From assembly GCA_021613535.1 (NCBI GenBank), contig CP075493.1, positions 3,534,001 to 3,598,000 of the forward strand: a stretch of DNA of 64,000 bases, given 5' to 3'. The stretch comes from Adineta vaga (taxonomy: Eukaryota > Animalia > Rotifera). A model generated the notes under the pieces. That model was given only the letters and a program-made list of their open reading frames with translations. It did not search any database and was not told the DNA's origin. A program made the position numbers and the translations under genes. Position 1 is the stretch's first letter; each line of letters begins with the position of its first letter. Shown here piece by piece: positions 13,155 to 27,306 of this stretch.

Positions 13155-14271
13155 ATGAGTGACGAATTAACAACAGCTGTTGTTCCGGATATATCTGATA
13201 ACCATAGAAAGACACATTCACATGAAACTGGCGATACTTCTGAACCAACAGGTCAACCACCATTGAAGAAGAGTGCATCAAATGTTGAAATTACACTTAA
13301 TATTCGTTATAAAACGCAAACATTTTCTATTACATGTGATTTATATGATACCTTAAAAGATTTGAAAGATAAAGTGGATAAATTAACTGATGTTGATCCT
13401 CAGGTACAAAAATTAGTTTACAAATCTATTACAAGTGTGAAACGAGATGATGCAACTACAACATTAAAAGATTTAAACTTAACGGATGGACAAACTTTAT
13501 TATTAGTAGGTGCAACTCGAGCAGAAATTTCCTCCGCATCTGGTTTGAAAAGTAGTGCAAGTGGATGTAAAGATGCAACGGATGATTATGCTTCAGGATC
13601 AAGTAAAAAAGAACCTTTATGTAAACAAACCAAACATGAAAAAGTACTTAAAACTGGTAAGTGGATAGAAAAAAACGAGAATTCTTTTCTTATATATTTG
13701 AACAAACATGAAGAATCACATCGGATGCAATGAATATAAGACGTTCTGATCTTCATCGATAAATTCATCAGTTTAAAATAGAAATGACATTTTGTTTTTT
13801 TTGAATATTTTCGTGTCGTTGAAATTAGGTAAACCGGACAATGCACATGTCGGTATTCGATATCAGAATCATTCTCTACCACCTTCAATTGATGGACTCT
13901 ATATGTCAATGTTAAGTCAATCAGCTAAAAAAGCTCGATTAACCTTCAAACTTGAACAAGATGAACTATGGATCAATACAGGTAAATTTAGACCAAAGGA
14001 ATTTTATTTTTCTACAGGAAACTTTCTTTTACAAGCTGAAACAACGAAAAAAATACCAATGACTCAAATACGTAATGTTATCGATGAACCCATTGAAGGT
14101 CATGAAGAATATTCAATAGTTGGATTTCAAACCGGTACGACGTAAGTATTGTGTAATTTAAATTCGAATGTAGATTTTCTTATTCTTTCAAGAGACATTT
14201 CAATCATATGGATTTATTGGTGTCCATCACAATATGTGAAATCGATCCGTCAACAGATCCTTTCAGACTGA
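13155..14271 (+). CDS. UBFD1: Ubiquitin family domain-containing protein 1
   Basis: Ubiquitin-like domain (LKDKVDKLTDVDPQVQKLVYK), KEPLCKQTKHEKVL, RLTFKLEQDELWI, EPIEGHEEY, WIYWCPSQYV. Confidence 0.92.
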
Positions 14272-14432
14272 CAAGATAATTATCAAACATTTTGTTTTCA
14301 TTTTTTCTTTTCCTCGTTTATTTTATTAAATGTTGACTTTAATGTCGCTAAACAAGATGAAGATTTAATAAATATACCTATATAAACATATTCATATAGC
14401 CTCGTTTCAGAAATATCTATATCATATATATT

Positions 14433-15543
14433 ATGTTCAAGACATCCGAAAAGTTCAATTCACAATTTTTATCATTAAGTGAATCACAAATCAATTCCAT
14501 AGCTGGTGCAACATCTGGTATATTTGTCAGTGTTCTTGTTAGTCCACTCGATGTCATTAAAACACGTATTCAAGTAAAACGTCTACCAAAAGGTGTACCT
14601 GATACACCGTTATTAGTTGTTATATATCGATTAGCTCGAAAAGAAGGTATCCGTGCATTTTATAAAGGTTTAGGTGTAACAATGTTGGTAAGACATATTT
14701 ATATATAATGAAACAATACGAAATTTTGTTTTTGATGAAATTTTAGGGTTATGCACCTAATTGGGCAGTTTATTTCAGTACTTATCAATGGTCAAAGAAA
14801 CAGTATGCTTCTTATTTATCATCGATACAAAGTGAACATGATATATTAATTAATTTACTTGCATCAGTAACAGCAGGTGCAGTAGCGAATGCAGTTATTG
14901 CACCAATGTGGACTATTCGAACACGTATGATGACACAATCAAATTATGATGATTATCGAAACGCATTTCATGCCGCACAGAAAATCTATCGAACAGAAGG
15001 ACTTTTCGCTTTATATCGAGGATTGATACCATCTATGTTAGGTTTGGTAAGAAGGAACTTATTTACTTTAAATTACTATTGTGATTGATTGATCGTTTCG
15101 AATAGGTTCATGTTGGTATTCAGTTTCCATTGTATGAATATCTCAAGAAAAAATGTGCAATCTATTCATCATCATCATCATCATCATCATCAAATCATCA
15201 TTCATCAACAGGATCTCTGATATTAGCATCGAGTGTATCAAAATTCGTTGCTTCTTGTATTGCATATCCACATGAAATTGTTCGTAGTCGTCTTCAAGAT
15301 GCTGGCCATGCTCGATCACTTCAACAACAATCTTCCACACCAACGACAAAATTTCGTGAATATAAAAATGTTCGTGATGCGATACAGACAATTGCACGTG
15401 ATGAAGGTATACGTGGTTTTTATCGTGGCCTCTCAGCAACTCTCATTCGAACAGTACCAGCAGCAGTATTAACTTTGTCAACATATGAAAAGATGCGTGA
15501 ATATCTCGGTGATAATTTTAGTGAACAATCGGTTCAAAGATAA
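14433..15543 (+). CDS. Mitochondrial carrier (SLC25), folate/NAD+ subfamily; closest in motifs to yeast/plant NDT NAD+ transporters
   Basis: Three carrier repeats (SPLDVIKTRIQ, APMWTIRTRMMTQ, YPHEIVRSRLQ); GYAPNWAVYFSTY; HVGIQFPLYE; RTVPAAVLTL. Introns 14688-14746 and 15047-15105. Confidence 0.9.
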
Positions 15544-16383
15544 ATACAAAAATAAGTCAATGTTCAAAATACGTAGATTCTTATTATAATTTTAATATTT
15601 TCTTTATGTTTATCGTGATATAACACTCAAATAATAGTTTTGTTGAATTAAATAATATAATATATACTTAAGTGCAATAGAGAGTATTTTTATATATCCT
15701 ATTGTCTAGACAAAGAAATGATTTGTGAATACATCTCATTAGAAATACAACAAATATTCTCTTAGTCTAACAGAAAAATACAGTCAGACCTTCTTAGCTG
15801 TATTCTTTGATAACAAAAGATCGCTTTCTTACAATAGATCCAAATAGATTTATTGTTATAACACTTTCGTGATATCACAACCTTAATTCAATAACGAACT
15901 TCATACTATTCTTATTAGAAAATGACTAAAACCAAATATCGGATATAGTTTACTCTCAAATATTATAAAATCAGTGTTCTTCAAGTTTTCAATGCTGTAC
16001 TGTGTATATTTAATTCATACGAAAAATATATGTTCTTATCTTCAAACTTTTGTCATATCAATGAAATTTGAATCCATTTTAGCATATTGTTTCGGTGGTA
16101 GTTTTGACCACCGTATTTGACTTTTGTTTTGATGATGCTAAACACGTATGCTTGTAAACAAAAACATAAGACAAAAAAGTACTGTAATGTAAATCGAAAT
16201 ATATACATATCTATTTACTTGAAAAGTTTTTTAGCTACTTATAATTTTTCCTGAGTAAAATTTTTATTATTACTAGATAGAATAGGAACTAATACAAGAA
16301 AAAAGAAAAAAAAGAGAGAAAATCGATTACATATAAATGTATACACATAACATCAACTGTATCATTTCGACAAAAAAATATTC

Positions 16384-16811
16384 CTATAATTGATAAGGTG
16401 GTAATTGTCCATTATTATTCGTAACTAAAGCTGCTAATGTTACAGTCGGATCTAATGTTGGTTCAACATTACTTATTCGTTTGGGTTCATCATCTTCAAC
16501 ATTGAGATTTGGTTGATTATGATTATTTTCATCATTATCTTCAGGTATACTTATATCTGGTCCAGTAATATGGGGCATAACATGATTATAAAGTTTTAAA
16601 GTTGGTAAAGGTAATTGATTATCTATTTGAATTGGAGTTCGAGATATATAATCTATTAGAACAAAGCAAAAGGATGAGATTTAATACAAAGAATTTCAGA
16701 TAAAATCTTACCACTTGGAGATCGAGGATCAAATAAAAGGCGATGATTGACTTTTGGTGGTGTATTATGAAGATTTTGACGATTTTTTCCTAGAGAATTA
16801 TTTGCACCCAT
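16384..16811 (-). CDS. CDCA3: Small CDCA3/Tome-1-like protein (2 exons)
   Basis: MGANNS (N-myristoylation pattern) and, after splicing, DPRSPSDYISRTPIQI, matching the CDCA3 DPRSPS..I.RTPIQ motif. Continues into the listed ORF 16384-16578. Confidence 0.65.
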
Positions 16812-17118
16812 GTTCAAATAAAAGAAACAAAGGTTCGTCGCGCGATAGTTCTATATATATATATATATACATACATACATGTCGCTACAATAGCTTCTCG
16901 GATAAAAATCTTTCATGAAGACTTTCTTCTGATTCGTCATTCTATTTCATCAATAATAGACGAGAGAAAGAAAGAATCCGTTGTTATTTATTGTTTATTT
17001 TTTTCTTCTATTGTCTCTAATGCTTGTCTTTCTACTAATGATTAACTATGACATAATCTTCTGTTAATGTACCAACCTTCTGTTCTTCAATTTGATTTTA
17101 TCTCTTGATATTTAAGAT

Positions 17119-20100
17119 ATGGCTTCTAGGAACCGATGTTTTTTTGATATTCAAATAGCTGGCAATGATGGTCGAGTTGATTCAAACGACATTTTTATCT
17201 CAAAATTTTTTATCTTTTATTTTTCTTTAGTTGGCCGTATCGTATTTGAACTTTTCAATGATATATGTCCACGTACATGTGAAAACTTTCGATGTTTATG
17301 TACAGGTAAAACAAAGATTGATTTGGAAAAATTCTATTTTTTTTAAATATGAATTTTGCAAATTTTTAGGAGAAAAAGGTAGCGGAGTAACATTGTACAA
17401 GAAATTGTTTTATAAAGGATGCCAATTCCATCGTGTGGTGAAGGATTTTATGATTCAATCAGGAGATTTTACTGAAGGTAATCAGATGATTTTTGTCTCG
17501 GATAATCAATGCACGTCTTGGCAAAAGAAATCTAATAATAATAGTATAAATTTTTTTGTGTCTATCAACTCTTTAAATTCCAGGCGATGGTACTGGTGGA
17601 GAATCAATCTATGGTGGAACATTTGCTGGTAAGACAATTCTTAACATTATCAAGATAGACAGTAACATATGAAACATTTGTTTCTAGATGAAAATTTTCA
17701 AATCAAACACGATCGACCCTATCTTCTTTCGATGGCAAATCGAGGTCCAAATACAAATGGATCACAATTTTTTATGTAAGATATACATTAAATAAATGAA
17801 GAAAAATAGAATTATCCTTGTGAATTTGTTTGTTTAGCACAACAGCTGATGCATCATATCTTGATGGGTACGATCTTTAATGAATTCTTTGTCTAGTATA
17901 TAGAATAGATTCATGACAAAGAAGTACAAATTGATTAGCTTAAAGCAAACTGAAATATTGATCGATCAGAAAGATATATCAGTTGAGATGTATTTTAAAA
18001 GTGTACGAAAATATCTTTATTATCTAACTGATTAAAGTTAGTTTGGTTGTAATTGATCAGCTACACAAAAAAGAAAGAATCATGCATTCGAAACGTCATC
18101 TTATTCATCGAATAGGAAATAAAATAATATTTTGTCTTTATTTAGTAAACATGTCGTTTTTGGCCAGGTTGTTGCTGGTCAATCAATTGTCGATACTATT
18201 GAAAATATTTCAGTGGATCCGAGTAATAGTCGTCCACTCAAAGATGTAGTGATTTCTCATTGTGGTCAACTTGTACTTGTAACAAGTAAATAATTTTTTT
18301 CTTTTTTTGATTTATTCTAAAACGATTCACAATATATAATTGTCATTTAGAAAGTCGTAAAGAAAAAAAACGTAAAATTTCGACAGGAGGCGAAAGTGAA
18401 AATGGAGAAGGCAATGAAAGTGATTCATCAGCGTCAGATGATCATAAAAAGAAAAAGAAATCCAAACATAAAAAGAAAGAAAAACATCGACGAAAGAAAG
18501 AAGCCAAACGTTTAGCTAAGCTTGCTACTGAAAATGAAAATCAACCTGAAGAATCCACCAATAATGAAATCATGGAAAAAAATAATGAATTATCTGGACG
18601 AGATATTATGGGTCTAAAGACGACCATTGATCCTGATGAAATACCTGAAATACCTGCACATAGATTCCTTTTCCGTCCTTCGGCCAATGATAACAATGAA
18701 ACTCGGTAAGATATTTTACAGATTCAAGATAAGTAACAATATTCCTTCTCTAGTACAAATAATTTTCGTTCATCACAAAAAACGGATTCAAGTGGACGAC
18801 CAGTAAAAGGTCGTGGGTTTATGGTAAGATGATTTGCTTTTTAAGAGTTGATTTTCAAGTCTTTTTTTTCATTTGTTTGGCAATATAGAGATATACTGGG
18901 AAAAGTCGATCAAGATCACGTACACCACCACATTGGCGTTATGCCGTTCAAGATCGTAAACGTCTTACGGAAACAAATGAATCTCGTAAGCAAGATTCCA
19001 ATGATAATACGGAAAATACTCATAAACGTCGACGTTCAGACAATGAAGATAAATATGATCGGGATCGGGATCGGGATCGGGATCGAAAAGATGATCATTA
19101 TTCGCGTCGAAATGATCGACGACGAGATGATCATCGACAAATAGAATCAACATCACGATCTAAATATCAACGTAGATCTCGAAGTCCAAATCGACAACCA
19201 TCGAATCATACAAAACAAAAAGAGAATGACGCACCAGATCCTACTGAAAATAGTCCATCACGATCACCAATAGCAAACAAAAATGATCAACAGCAAAAGA
19301 AAGATTCACGTACACATCGTCGTCATCATTCTCCATCACCAACCAAGCATGACCAACATGCGAATAAAGATTCTCGATCACGTCAAGAATCATCAACCCA
19401 TAATGACCATCATCGTCATCATTCGAAATCGCCACTTCAATCGACATCAATACGAGCTCGTTCACCTTCGCCAGTTATCGACAATAAAGGTTCAAGATCA
19501 CGTCACCAACCGTCTTCTAATGATAGTCATCGTCGTCGTTCAAAAACGCCACCACCATCTTCTTCTCGTGTTCGCTCTCCATCACCAAAGATTGAGAATA
19601 AAGAATCGCGATCACAAGGTCGTCGTCGTTCAAAAACGCCACCACCACCCTCTTCTCGTGTTCGCTCTCCATCACCAAAGATTGAGAATAAAGAATCGCG
19701 ATCACAAGGTCGTCGTCGTTCAAAAACGCCACCACCACCCTCTTCTCGTGTTCGCTCTCCATCACCAAAGATTGAAAATAAAGAATCGCGATCGCATGGT
19801 CGTCATCGTTCAAAAACACCACCACCATCCACTTCTCGTATCCGCTCTCCATCACCAAAGATTGACAGTAAAGAATCGAAATCACAAGGTCGCCGTCGTT
19901 CAAAAACACCATCATCACCAAAAATTGATCAACATCAAAATAAAGATAATTCGCGTCAACGTAATCGACGTTCAAAAACACCACCACCTTCATCATCTCG
20001 TGTTCGTTCACCTTCACCAGTTATTCATAAACATGAAACTAAGGTTGCTCAACCGCCTCTCCAAGATAACACTGCGACTACTTCAGCAACATCATCAACT

Positions 20101-21398
20101 AAACGACGAAAACGTTGGGAAAATGAAGATGAATTCAATGAACGACAATCTTTAGCACAAGCAACACAACATAGTAGTCTTGAAGATGAATTACGTATGA
20201 TTGCACAAACAAGTGCTGCTGAACTTGAACCCATTGAAAATTTCGCGAACATTCCACAGCAATCATCCATTAATAACAATAAATCAAAATGGGATGATGA
20301 AGATGATGCGTATGTTTTTTTTAAACTTACTATTGTATTTTTTTCTCTTATCTTATTATATTTCATAGGTCATCTAAAGACAGAATTAATCCTCCTTCTT
20401 CTTCGTCTTCTTCTATTCCAAAAGCTACATTGAGTGTACCTAAAAAACCTGACATGCCATCACCAACTAGTAAACAATCGGATAAACCAACATCGTCAAA
20501 TCGCGATCGAAATAGACGTGAACCTTATACATCACAAGTCAGTAATAATCGAGATCGTGATGGAGACAATTATAATCGACAACAGAGTGGAAATCGTCGA
20601 AAACATTCTCCACCACCACCACCACCACCATCATCATCATCACGTGATCGTCATTACGATCGAAACAAAGGTAACGTACTAAAAACACTTCTGCTATTCA
20701 GACATTCCCATGATTACGTACATCATTCAGATGTTACTTCTTATCAATGATTATAATTGTTTTTGCGTATTAAAACAAAACGTTATATTTTATCTGTTTA
20801 CTTTACAATCAATGAGTTTAACATCCGTTTTAGTCGCCATATGTATATGTATTCTTACTTTCTAATCTATAAAAAAAACATCAGAATAGTTCATTGTATA
20901 TAACGATAGAAAAAAAGATACATTAACAGTATACTATGTTTTATTCTCTCTTTTTGCCTATTTTCCATAAGGTTATGTTGACCTTGTCTAATAAAATAAA
21001 TCTAATTTTATTGTAGGTCATGACCGTGATTATCATCCTCGGAACGATGATCGAGAACGAAGTAAATTTGCTCAAAAACAAATTTTCCATATGATTTTTT
21101 TTTATTGAATGTATTTGTTGCCGATTTAGATGATCGTCGTCGTAGTCGTGGTCGTTCATCCCATTCGCGTACACCACCACGTCAGAAATCAAAACGACAA
21201 TCATCCAGTTCTCGTTCATCATCATCTTCTTCATCATCATCATCATCACGTAGTTCATCTGGCTCGTATGCTTTATTTTAAATTAATCTCTTCATTCTGA
21301 TAATGTTCCTTCTATATTTTAGACGTCATGAACGTAATCGAAAATCACCTGTGGAACAAAAAAAACTTAAATCTGCACCTTTAACTACTGTATTATAA
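17119..21398 (+). CDS. PPIG: SR-cyclophilin (peptidyl-prolyl isomerase G / NKTR family) with a long RS domain
   Basis: [100 protein letters not shown], then an Arg/Ser-rich tail ending APLTTVL*. Confidence 0.92.
19531..20020 (+). repeat. Coding 90-bp tandem repeat (30 aa, [30 protein letters not shown]) inside PPIG
   Basis: Near-identical units start at 19531, 19621, 19711 and 19801; degenerate partial copies at ~19891 and ~19962. Confidence 0.95.
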
Positions 21399-21550
21399 TT
21401 TTGTTATGTCTTTAATCTAACACATCTTGTTGTTTATGTCCAAGAACGATACAAATATGTTATTATTGTTGTTTTCCTCTTCTTCATTTTTTTTCTCTTT
21501 CAGATATTGATAACACGATAAAAATAAATAAACGATAGATTTCTTCCTTC

Positions 21551-23052
21551 ATGGTTGATACAACATCACTCAATTTGAATGGTACAAATGGTGAGATCAA
21601 TGATGATCAGCAAACAACATTTATGCGTCCACGAATATTATTAACTGGTCTTCGTCGATCGGGTAAAACATCGATTCAACGAGTTATATTTACAAAAATG
21701 CAACCATCACAAACACAATTTCTTGAATCAACACCGCATTTAGTAACGAATCAGTTTTCTTGTGGTTCATTTATTAATTTTCAAGTTCAAGAACTACCCG
21801 GTCAATTACATGTATTTCCATCCTCACAATCATCAAGTGTTACTGATGAACCAAATGAACAATCTTCATCCTATGATGATGATTCATTACATACAACTGG
21901 AAATGGCTATGATATGGAACGTTTACTGAAACGATGTAATGCTGTTGTGTATATCATTGATGCTCAAGATGATTATACTGAATCAATTACACGTTTAAAT
22001 TTAATTATACAATTAGGTTATCGAGTTAATCCAAAAATTCGTTATGAAGTATTTATACATAAAGTTGATCAATTATCTGAAGAAGTCAAAGCAGAAACAC
22101 AACGAGATATTCATAATCAGGTCTAATATGAAATTGAAAAGACAGATTTCAATAAAATATTTCTATTTCTTTAGGTAAGAGGTCGTTTTACGGATACAGG
22201 TGGTGCAATAGATCAATGGCCATCAATACCATTTTCATCCAATTCTAATTCTCGTGATGTTTTAATTAATTTTCATTTAACATCGATTTATGATCATTCA
22301 ATTTTTGAAGCATTCTCGAAAGTTATTCAAAAATTACTCCCACAATTCAGTCATTTAGAGTATTTGCTCAATTATCTACTTTCAGCATCAAACATTGAAC
22401 AAGCATTTCTATTTGATATTCAAACTAAAATTAGTATTGCAACAGATTCATCACCAACTGATATGCAAGTAAGTTATATGAATATTGCTTTAGTATTCTA
22501 TACGAAAATCTTTCTTTTTAAAAAAGATGTATGAATTATGTTGTGATATGATTGATTTATTGATAAATATGAGTGAAATCTATGGACAATCTAATGGAAA
22601 TGGTGTTGCCGATATTGAACATGATGAAGAATATAATAGTACAAATGAATCGGAAATAAATGGTATTCATGCATCGACAAATGATGTATATCAAAATAGT
22701 AAGACAGATTTTTCTTTGTATTCTTTAAACAAAACGAAAATCTATTCATTTGATTATTTTCATAGGTCCAAGAACAAACGAGTATCAAACATATTCTCCA
22801 TTAATTGAAACAACAGATGAACCAGCTTCTAATGTTTTTGATTCCATGTCATCTAGTGTCATTAAATTAACCGGTGGTCGTGCACTTTATCTCAAAGAAA
22901 TCAATCATCATCTTGCATTAATATGTGTCTTACGTGAAGAAGCATTGACAAGACAAGCAATTATTGATTATAATGTTAAGCAATTAAAAGATTCGATTTT
23001 AAAATTATTTCATTTAAATCAGGAGATAACAGAATCATCAATGACAGAATAG
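21551..23052 (+). CDS. RRAGC: Ras-related GTP-binding protein C/D (Rag GTPase)
   Basis: [102 protein letters not shown]. Confidence 0.93.
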
Positions 23053-24116
23053 ATTATTCATACTAAGGTTTTTATTTGTTCGTATTTTCAGTTTTTTTCT
23101 TCTTTTGTTTTTTCTGTTCCCTGACCTCACCAGTCTATCAGGAATGTCTGTTTCGATTTGTCTTGTCTTGTCTTGCTAAAAGCCCTTCTTTCTTTTTTTG
23201 TACATATTCATAGATTCCTTTCATAAAAGAACAGTAATGCTCTATTATTGTCGATATTTTGATGGATAAAGCATTATAGTTTATGTTTTCTTTTTCTGTG
23301 CAGTTGGCACAAACAGTGAAATTGTTTGTTTAACTTTTCTTTTTCGCTTCATACGTTTATTGATGAATGTGTTAGCACAACACATCGTTTTCGTATATGT
23401 ATACACACATGTCTTGTGCATTTTGTTCAGTTGTGCGCATATTTCATTAATAAAGAAAGAAAAAAAAAACTTAGAAGCATCGAGTGTATATTATATGTCC
23501 TGATTTCAAATTAGATCGACAGAACACCAGATTAGGTTGTATGTATCCAATGATGATGGTCTTTTTCTATTGATAAAGATTTCAAATCACAATGTATATT
23601 CATAAAGTCTCCTTAGTTGAATCTTTATTGAAGAATCGAAAAATTTGATAATCGTTTTTCTCAAATACGTTTTGTACTTTAAACATAATCTGCTATTTTG
23701 AAAAATATTTGAACTCGATTCAAAATACTTTCTTGCCATTGTAGTTCAATATGGATACATTCTCGAATAATCTTGACTAGTAACTGGTTTTTGTTTGATT
23801 TAAGAAGTCCAGTTAAAACACAAAACATTGAATGAAGGTTATTTTGCTCATTAATCTTATATTTGCAAATACTCTCATATATTATTTCAATAGAAGCTTT
23901 TGAAATAGTCGTCTAGAATTCTTTTTAAGAGAATACATACATAATCACATCGATCAAGTAATCATCTCTTCTATAGTTCCTCTATTTTTTTGTTCATAGC
24001 AACGTAAATATCACTTCTTAGTTTTGATATTTTTTTTTTGTTTAAACAAAGTTCTATTATTGTTAAGGAAAAAATGTTTCTTATTGAATGAATTAACATT
24101 TCGTTTGTTTATTGTA

Positions 24117-24118
24117 GA

Positions 24119-24150
<32 letters not shown>
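24117..24150. repeat. (GA)n microsatellite
   Basis: Run of gagagag... visible directly, upstream of the tubulin promoter. Confidence 0.85.
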
Positions 24151-24366
24151 AAAGAGGGCAGTTTCTAAGGAGAAAATTGATGGGTTTTTTTTCGTTAGGT
24201 TGTTTGGTCGTTAAGAGAAACTTAACAATGCACTTTACTGAAGCTAGAAAAAACAAAAAAAAAGTGATTCATCACTGGCTATTACTATAACTGTTACTAT
24301 CCGATTCTATTCTCTCTTTTTCTCTTTTTTTTCTTTCGTCGCCTTCGTTACACATTCGCTCCCCTC

Positions 24367-24403
24367 TATAAAATTTCAGCCCGAGTCGTACATTCTGTCA
24401 GTC
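24367..24403 (+). promoter_or_regulatory. TATA box plus initiator (TCAGTC) core promoter of alpha-tubulin
   Basis: TATAAAA at 24367-24373 and TCAGTC at 24398-24403 at canonical ~30-33 bp spacing. A 5'UTR intron (~24497-24555) follows. Confidence 0.6.
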
Positions 24404-24555
24404 GGTCGCATCAAGGAGACGCACAAAAGCAAACAAGTCATTACTACCAACCCAACAACTTCAATCGTTTTTAAATAGAAAATTTTTAAACTTCAGTATG
24501 TAACATGAATGCTATATTCTCATGAACACTATCGACGTGACTGTTTTCTATTTAG

Positions 24556-26326
<1,771 letters not shown>

Positions 26327-27306
26327 TTAACAACTGACAATAACATCATTTTATATTTATCTTTGTACTTCTTATTTTTCTTTTCTTTTCTTATATTGTA
26401 TCTTGAAGGAAAAAAGGACATTTATGGAGAAATAAATAAATAAATAAAGGAAGATCATCGAATGACTCGATTTAGAAATAATGAAAACATGTCAGTTAAC
26501 GATTCTTAAAAATGTTAGTAACATTTGTGTTTACATTATCACGTACATAACTTACAGTACTGTCATTGCCGAGTATTAGATTATTTTCAGGAATCAATTT
26601 ATTATGGAAGGCAAAGAAAAAAATGACGAGTTATGTACTGACACGTTCTAAACATTAATCAGAAATATGAAGTATCCCATAAAACACTTTTGAATAGTAT
26701 AGATAACGATATAGAAAATGCACATTACATAGTTTATTGGATTAAAAGATATTTGTCTAAAAATAAACTAGAATATGTTTCTATTTCTGGCATATATCTC
26801 CGTAACCATCTATACTTAAGGACAAATTCAATTACAAGAAATTATTAATGCACTTATATTCATCTTTCGTATTGATCCATAACATCAACATCGATTAAAA
26901 TCGGATAGAAATATTGCTACTTAAAGATCAGCTATTGTAAGGAAAATGTCTTGCCATTCTGAAACGAAGTCGAGAAGCATTTAGTGCAAGAGAATGTCGT
27001 GGATAATAAAAAGGTTATTGCCGATTGAGAATATAACGCTTCTTTCTTCTTCATCAATAGGCTTCCATTCATCATACGACAAGGATAGATATTATTATTA
27101 TTATTACTATTATTATTATTATTATTTTCCCTTTTGTGTTTGTTTTTCTCTACTTGATTGTATATAATTGTATTTCCATTTCTCTAATGGATGGCAAAAA
27201 ATAGAATAGAATTGATAGAATAATTCTTGGCATAGCTCTTACGAATACGTCTATGAAAACACCAAGACTATCTCTTATTTACTTTTAGTTTGAGTAAAGT
27301 CGACAA

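Noticed and set aside
13708-13756. ATGAAGA...CTGA in the 170-nt UBFD1 intron as a box C/D snoRNA
   Set aside because: Box C is mismatched and only ~40 nt separate the boxes; better read as a short chance hairpin.
19283-20155. 290-aa repetitive ORF and the antisense 166-aa ORF; also considered as a CRISPR-like array
   Set aside because: Off-frame readings of the PPIG RS exon. The repeats are contiguous with no unique spacers, in a eukaryotic gene.
23989-24003. X-box-like TTGTTCATAGCAAC upstream of alpha-tubulin
   Set aside because: Only one half-site matches the RFX consensus well; cannot be supported without conservation data.
24011-24290. Short ORFs on both strands
   Set aside because: Produced by the (GA)n microsatellite and A/T runs; no coding signal.
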